DNA from: an uncultured virus (IMG/VR IMGVR_UViG_3300023109_000019)
Lineage: Duplodnaviria > Heunggongvirae > Uroviricota > Caudoviricetes
Length of the DNA: 64,000 nt
Strand: one strand, 5' to 3'
IMG/VR virus record: IMGVR_UViG_3300023109_000019
The translations under genes were made by a program, and so were the position numbers. Shown in pieces: positions 59,579 through 64,000 of this stretch (within the stretch, counting starts at the first letter, position 1; every line of letters begins with the position of its first letter). A model generated the notes under the pieces. That model saw only the letters and a list, made by a program, of their open reading frames with translations. It was not told the origin of the DNA and searched no databases.

Positions 59579-60088
59579 TTAGCCTTTCAAATAAGCAAGT
59601 ACTTTCTCAGGCGTTGTTTCACTGTATGGATCTGTTCCACAGTCGTCTTCCATTCCGTCTTCGGTAAACATTCTCTCAACAGTACTATCGTCTACGACCA
59701 TAGCATATCTCCAAGATCTTTTACCAAAACCAAGATTGTCTTTTGCGACTAACATATCCATTCCTGCTGTAAATTCGCAAGAACCATCAGGAATCAATTT
59801 AACATTCTTAACTCTCAAATCTTCAGCCCATGCATTCATTACAAATGTATCATTACATGCAATACAGTATACTTCATCAATTCCTGCCTCAACCATTTGG
59901 TCATACAATACATCAAATCCTGGGACTTGATTATTAGAACACGTTGGTGTAAAGGCTCCGGGTAGTGAAAATACTACAACTCTTTTTCCTTTAAAGTAAT
60001 CGTCAGTTGTAGGGTAGGTCCAATCGAACTCACCGCTTTCTACGTTTCTGCTTCTTACTTTAAACGTTACGTTAGGGACTTGTTTCAT
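59579..60088 (-). CDS. Peroxiredoxin (Prx5/redoxin family)
   Basis: FSLPGAFTPTCS, ND.FVMNAW, GFG.RSWRYAMVV. Confidence 0.92.
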   Translation of the reverse strand: MKQVPNVTFKVRSRNVESGEFDWTYPTTDDYFKGKRVVVFSLPGAFTPTCSNNQVPGFDVLYDQMVEAGIDEVYCIACNDTFVMNAWAEDLRVKNVKLIPDGSCEFTAGMDMLVAKDNLGFGKRSWRYAMVVDDSTVERMFTEDGMEDDCGTDPYSETTPEKVLAYLKG

Positions 60089-60106
60089 AATTTAATTTCC
60101 TATCAA

Positions 60107-60130
60107 TAAAAGGGTGGCTTGATGCCACCC
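60107..60130 (-). terminator. Intrinsic terminator after hsp20
   Basis: GGGTGGC-ATCAA-GCCACCC-TTTTA. Confidence 0.75.
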
Positions 60131-60143
60131 AGATTAAAATTGA

Positions 60144-60596
60144 TTAACTTTTTAAGAACTCTTTCTCATTGTTAATCTTAATTTTACGTGCCTTCTTTGC
60201 CTCAGGAATTATTCGTTCCAATGAAACAGTTAAAAGACCGTTTACGAAGCTGGCATCAATAACTTCAATATCGTCAGCAAGAGTAAAACTTCTTGTGAAC
60301 TTTTTGAAGGAAATACCACGGTGAACGTAATCGCCACCGCCATTAAAATAATCACCTGCTTCATCCCATGTGGAACGAACAGTTAATACATCTTCTTTTA
60401 CTTCGATTTCTACATCGTTAATATCAAGACCTGCTAAAGCAAGATCAATAAAGAACTTTTCGCCTTTCGTGGTTCGGATATTATAAGGCGGGAAGCCTTG
60501 TGATCGATGTTCTTGGGGGAACTCTACCAATCTGTCAAAGACTCTATCAAAGCCTACGGCAAAAGGGTGAAGTTGATTTATATTTAATCCAGTCAT
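60144..60596 (-). CDS. hsp20: Small heat shock protein (Hsp20/IbpA family)
   Basis: GFDR.FD, FPPYNI, ALAG, HRGIS...F.RSF.L, A...NGLL.V.L....PE..K.R.I. Confidence 0.93.
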   Translation of the reverse strand: MTGLNINQLHPFAVGFDRVFDRLVEFPQEHRSQGFPPYNIRTTKGEKFFIDLALAGLDINDVEIEVKEDVLTVRSTWDEAGDYFNGGGDYVHRGISFKKFTRSFTLADDIEVIDASFVNGLLTVSLERIIPEAKKARKIKINNEKEFLKS

Positions 60597-60684
60597 GTTT
60601 ATCTCCTATTAAGCAAGATTAATTATTACTATGATGGTTGTTACCCATCGCTTATTGTAAAACCCTTACGGCGTCTTACAAATT
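60597..60684 (-). ncRNA. ROSE-like RNA thermometer in the hsp20 5' UTR
   Basis: Three hairpins; the last is ATCTTGCT-TAAT-AGGAGAT with UUGCU pairing the SD and a bulged G. Confidence 0.65.
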
Positions 60685-60692
60685 TATTTATA
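60685..60692 (-). promoter_or_regulatory. Late promoter TATAAATA for hsp20
   Basis: Exact consensus immediately before the structured leader. Confidence 0.75.
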
Positions 60693-60721
60693 ACGAAGAG
60701 AAGACATCCTTGTCTAAAAAG

Positions 60722-60907
60722 TTACTCCTTTTCTTCTGTCTCAGTTGCTGCTTTAACTGCACCGCTAGCTGCATCAAGAGTATATGTTGTTACATCAGAT
60801 ACGTCTTTGATTACACCGCTGATAATACCAGTTGTTCCATCGACAACATTGCCGACTGAACTACAGCCCATTACAAAAAAGGTCAATACGAATAGTATAT
60901 ACTTCAT
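60722..60907 (-). CDS. Small lipoprotein (61 aa)
   Basis: MKY plus hydrophobic stretch plus VMG/C lipobox; AAGGAGAG SD; amphipathic body. Confidence 0.7.
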   Translation of the reverse strand: MKYILFVLTFFVMGCSSVGNVVDGTTGIISGVIKDVSDVTTYTLDAASGAVKAATETEEKE

Positions 60908-61006
60908 TGCCTTCTCTCCTTATTACTAAGTACTTCCGAGGGTGGTTTCCTACCCACTAATGGCAGGGCGTACCACTTGATACGCCGAACATCTTCCTTG
61001 AGATAA

Positions 61007-61082
<76 letters not shown>

Positions 61083-61088
61083 TTTATG

Positions 61089-61583
61089 TTATCTACCAGT
61101 TGAACCAATACCACCTTTACGATCCGTCTTGGTTCCAGGCTTCTTCTTTACTTCTTTAATGTCTTGTTGTGTAACGCTTGCTAATCTACATTGTGCTAAT
61201 CTGTCGCCGTCGTGAACATGCGCCACGGTATCTGACACATTGTGTACAATAATATGCGTTTCGTCGACATAATCAGAATCAATTATACCGACACTGTTAA
61301 CTAATGTCAATCCCATCTTTGTTGCTACACTTGAACGAATATACATTTCCATTACGTGATTTACCGGAATGTCAAATATAAGTCCTGTGGGAATAAGTAC
61401 TCTTGTACCTGGTGTAATGGCCAAGCCATTCTTTTTCACTATTACATCTACTTCCTTATTGAAAGGAGTATAAGACCTAACACGTTCACCTACAGTTAAA
61501 CATGCCTTAATATCAAAGCATGCAGAACCAATGGTTGCGTATTCCGGGAGTGTTGCGTTATCACGTGTTTTGTAAACATTCAT
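61089..61583 (-). CDS. dut: Trimeric dUTPase
   Basis: SACFD, IRSS, GIIDSDY, GDRLAQ and R.GG.GSTG motifs I-V. Confidence 0.92.
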   Translation of the reverse strand: MNVYKTRDNATLPEYATIGSACFDIKACLTVGERVRSYTPFNKEVDVIVKKNGLAITPGTRVLIPTGLIFDIPVNHVMEMYIRSSVATKMGLTLVNSVGIIDSDYVDETHIIVHNVSDTVAHVHDGDRLAQCRLASVTQQDIKEVKKKPGTKTDRKGGIGSTGR

Positions 61584-61605
61584 AATATATGTTCCTATTT
61601 GTTAT

Positions 61606-61634
61606 ATTATATAACAGTTATGTGGAAATGTCAA
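61606..61634 (-). promoter_or_regulatory. Consensus sigma70 (early) promoter
   Basis: TTGACA-17 nt-TATAAT upstream of dUTPase. Confidence 0.85.
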
Positions 61635-61637
61635 TAG

Positions 61638-62039
61638 TTATTTTTTACCAATATTATACTTGACTGTCAGATCCCAATCACTCTTTTCTTTAAATGAAAT
61701 GATTTTAATTTGATTTAGAGAAGCAACCGGATCTTTCGTTTTTGAAGGATCGACGATCTTAACAAGTTCCCATTCTTCCAATAAGTTCACAATCGTATTA
61801 CGACGTGATATATCTTCTTCTGTTAACGTGTTATGCTTTCCGTCTAAAATAAACAATTCTTTAAAATGTAGTATTGAGTACCTACCCTGTTTGTGTAGGA
61901 TATGACAAGACTGATATAACTTTTTTTCCTTGCGGCTTGAGATGCCAATTCGAGTCAATGTTTCTTTTACCTTAAGGAAAGAATCCTGCGTGGGCAATTC
62001 AACTTCGACACCGACTCCTTTGAAAATATCTGTGTCCAT
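61638..62039 (-). CDS. regA: Translational repressor RegA
   Basis: FLKVKETLTRIGI.SR...KLYQSCHILHKQG.Y...HFKELF.LDG; RRNTI..LL..W. Confidence 0.95.
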   Translation of the reverse strand: MDTDIFKGVGVEVELPTQDSFLKVKETLTRIGISSRKEKKLYQSCHILHKQGRYSILHFKELFILDGKHNTLTEEDISRRNTIVNLLEEWELVKIVDPSKTKDPVASLNQIKIISFKEKSDWDLTVKYNIGKK

Positions 62040-62099
62040 GATTTATATTCACCTGTTAATTATTATAGTTAGTGGCAATGGTATTATACCATATCAGAT

Positions 62100-62107
62100 T
62101 ATTTATA
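62100..62107 (-). promoter_or_regulatory. Late promoter TATAAATA upstream of regA
   Basis: Exact consensus in the gp62-regA gap. Confidence 0.65.
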
Positions 62108-62118
62108 ATAATCATAAC

Positions 62119-62514
62119 TTAGCCACCTTCATTAACTTTATCATGGATAGTTTGGAGCTGTTCTTTATTCAATACTTTAAGATATTGTTTGGCAACAGTT
62201 CGGTTACATTGATATACTTGTTGGATAACATCTAGGTTATTGTTCTTATCGGCCTTAGGCCATTTAGAGAACCTCTTACGCTTGCGAAGTACAGAACGAT
62301 AATAATCAAACTGTGCTCCATCAAACAAACCATGACGCATGTTCATTTCGTTTGCATGTAAGATAGTGTCCTCAAAATTTGTAAAGCCACGGTTCACTAC
62401 ATAAGGCGTATACATCTTTTCAGTGTGTTCAGGTATATCGCTATTGCGAATTAAATCTTCCTTAGAAAAGCTTGCAGCGTTCATAAAATCAAAGGGTGTT
62501 AGATCTTTCATCAA
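62119..62514 (-). CDS. gp62: Clamp loader small subunit gp62
   Basis: PFDFMN, Y.PY.VNR......DT...ANEMN, RKRKRFSKW.K. Confidence 0.9.
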   Translation of the reverse strand: MMKDLTPFDFMNAASFSKEDLIRNSDIPEHTEKMYTPYVVNRGFTNFEDTILHANEMNMRHGLFDGAQFDYYRSVLRKRKRFSKWPKADKNNNLDVIQQVYQCNRTVAKQYLKVLNKEQLQTIHDKVNEGG

Positions 62515-62674
62515 TCAGCTCCTCGTATTCTTTTACCATAACGTCGAAGCGAGAACCGCACTTATCACAAAGAGTAAGTTTAGTTTTGCCTTCTTCAGTA
62601 TTCATTTCAACTGTAAATGATTTCTTTTTGGATGTCTTGGTACCACAGTTAAAACATTCAAGTTTTCCAATCAT
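62489..62674 (-). CDS. Small zinc-ribbon protein (61 aa)
   Basis: CFNC...CDKC; overlaps the gp44 stop (TAATG) and the gp62 start. Confidence 0.6.
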   Translation of the reverse strand: MIGKLECFNCGTKTSKKKSFTVEMNTEEGKTKLTLCDKCGSRFDVMVKEYEELIDERSNTL

Positions 62675-63627
62675 TACGTGTACTCACATTCAATCATAAC
62701 TTCAGTTAAGAACGCAACCATATTAATTTCCTGGTCAGCAACCAATCCTGACTTATACATATAATCAGCAAGAGTAACAATAAAGCCTGCTTGTGATTGT
62801 AGTGTTACCTTATCAGAACACATATCATAGATACGACGAAACATTTCATTCATATCTTGATCTGAGTTCTTGGCAACCCATTTGCGCATTTCAGTAAATT
62901 GCTTTGCTTTGAGTAAACGAAATACATCATCAATAGATTCTTGTTTTAAATTAACAAAGATACCTTCATCAATTTTACCAGAAGCTGCGTATGATTGTAG
63001 TTCAGTTAATACTCTACGGAAATCAGGGAAGTGTTTCTCAATTACTTTAGCAACAACTTTAGTATCGTATTCGACTTCTTCTTGGTCAAGTATTGCCTTA
63101 ACTCTTTTGAAGAACTCCATAGCCATTTGTGGACGGTCAGCTGTATCAATAGTAAAGTCTACTTCTGATAACCTTGAACGTAATGGACTGATAATACGAT
63201 TCTTGAAATTACAAGTAAAGATAAAGCCACAGTTTGAACTATACTCTTCAATAAAGTTACGTAATGCCGGTTGGACATTAGCTGCGTTCAAATAATCTGC
63301 TTCATCGAAGATTACATACTTACGACCTGTACCTGTTAGAGATACTGCGGAAGCGAATGTTGAGATATCGTATCGGAGGGTATCAATATTAACGTTAAGA
63401 GAACCATTCTTTACGATATAATCGCAACCGAGTTCTTCAAGCATGGCTTTGGCAATTGTAGTTTTACCTACACCTGGACCACCTGTTAATAATAGATTTG
63501 GAACACTGCCGTCTGATACGAACTTACGGAATGTTTCTTTTGTCTTGTTTGGTAGAATAGTATCATCAACGATTTGTGGACGGTACTTCTCAACCCATAA
63601 GACTTCGTTTGATTTTGCATCAATCAT
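62674..63627 (-). CDS. gp44: Clamp loader large subunit gp44 (AAA+)
   Basis: LWVEKYRP, GGPGVGKTT, FDEAD, LRSR, FPDFRR. Confidence 0.95.
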   Translation of the reverse strand: MIDAKSNEVLWVEKYRPQIVDDTILPNKTKETFRKFVSDGSVPNLLLTGGPGVGKTTIAKAMLEELGCDYIVKNGSLNVNIDTLRYDISTFASAVSLTGTGRKYVIFDEADYLNAANVQPALRNFIEEYSSNCGFIFTCNFKNRIISPLRSRLSEVDFTIDTADRPQMAMEFFKRVKAILDQEEVEYDTKVVAKVIEKHFPDFRRVLTELQSYAASGKIDEGIFVNLKQESIDDVFRLLKAKQFTEMRKWVAKNSDQDMNEMFRRIYDMCSDKVTLQSQAGFIVTLADYMYKSGLVADQEINMVAFLTEVMIECEYT

Positions 63628-63661
63628 AATTCACCATAAACATAATATAAAAAAATTTGAG

Positions 63662-63688
63662 AAAACGCGAGGGTGTTTCCACCCTCAC
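63662..63688 (-). terminator. Intrinsic terminator-like hairpin
   Basis: GTGAGGGTG-GAAA-CACCCTCGC-GTTTT. Confidence 0.65.
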
Positions 63689-63710
63689 TTCTCGAGAAAT
63701 GAGTTATTGT

Positions 63711-64000
63711 TTAACCAACAACTTTATCAGCTAACTCGCCTTGGGCGGGCGCTGAAACATCAATGGCGGCATCCTGTTCACCAATCGCTCGCGCGTCTGG
63801 TTGCTGAGGTCCTTTTTGACGTAGGAATGCTTCGAGTTTATTTCTTAGCGTTCCGACACCGGCAAGTTCTTGCCCTTGGAATCCACCACGTTGTGAGACT
63901 ATGTCAATAATCTGCAACACAGTAGATAAATCTCCAAGATTGATTACCACTTCTTGTTCTTGACCTTCTTGGCCAAAATTACCTTGTACTGGTTCATTCA
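63711..64000 (-). CDS. Hypothetical protein; true start probably at 64001, just outside the window
   Basis: Frame open to the edge: (A)TG AAT GAA CCA GTA CAA GGT... = MNEPVQGNFGQEGQEQEVVINLGDL; I..IDI.S.RG.F.G.EL..VG..R motif. Confidence 0.65.
   Translation of the reverse strand, partial: NEPVQGNFGQEGQEQEVVINLGDLSTVLQIIDIVSQRGGFQGQELAGVGTLRNKLEAFLRQKGPQQPDARAIGEQDAAIDVSAPAQGELADKVVG

Noticed and set aside
60920..60990. SAM-V riboswitch or a second tRNA
   Set aside because: Lacks the SAM-V U-rich loop and A-rich tail, and has no cloverleaf or T-loop; kept only as unclassified structure

Overview
AT-rich segment of a large T4-like myovirus genome; the gene set resembles marine environmental T4-like phages, and the host is probably a heterotrophic proteobacterium (inference). 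1-54.7 kb is a minus-strand late morphogenesis block. It holds about 31 kb of very large fibre/appendage genes, including a window-truncated fibre missing from the ORF track, a Gly-X-Gln collagen fibre and a 3747-aa giant protein. These are followed by baseplate genes: VrlC/DUF4815-like, gp8, an S8 protease, a gp9/10-like protein with a cupredoxin domain, gp7-like fused to an esterase, gp6, gp25, an M15 peptidase, gp5, hub, a split gp53 and gp48. 54.8-59.5 kb is a plus-strand block: gp4, gp2, tail tube/gp54-like, gp26, gp51-like and tape measure. 59.6-64 kb (minus) holds peroxiredoxin, Hsp20, a lipoprotein, tRNA-Thr, dUTPase, RegA and the clamp loader. Most striking: (1) the 3747-aa protein carries 11 (plus 1 degenerate) tandem globin-sized repeats matching the bilin-attachment motif of phycobiliproteins (KCxRDxGY...GG), suggesting a bilin-decorated virion appendage; (2) a candidate -1 frameshift cassette joins gp26 to gp51, resembling the G/GT tail-chaperone system; (3) hydrolases are fused to or clustered with the baseplate; (4) a ROSE-like RNA thermometer precedes hsp20. 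All assignments come from reading motifs by eye; no database searches were run.
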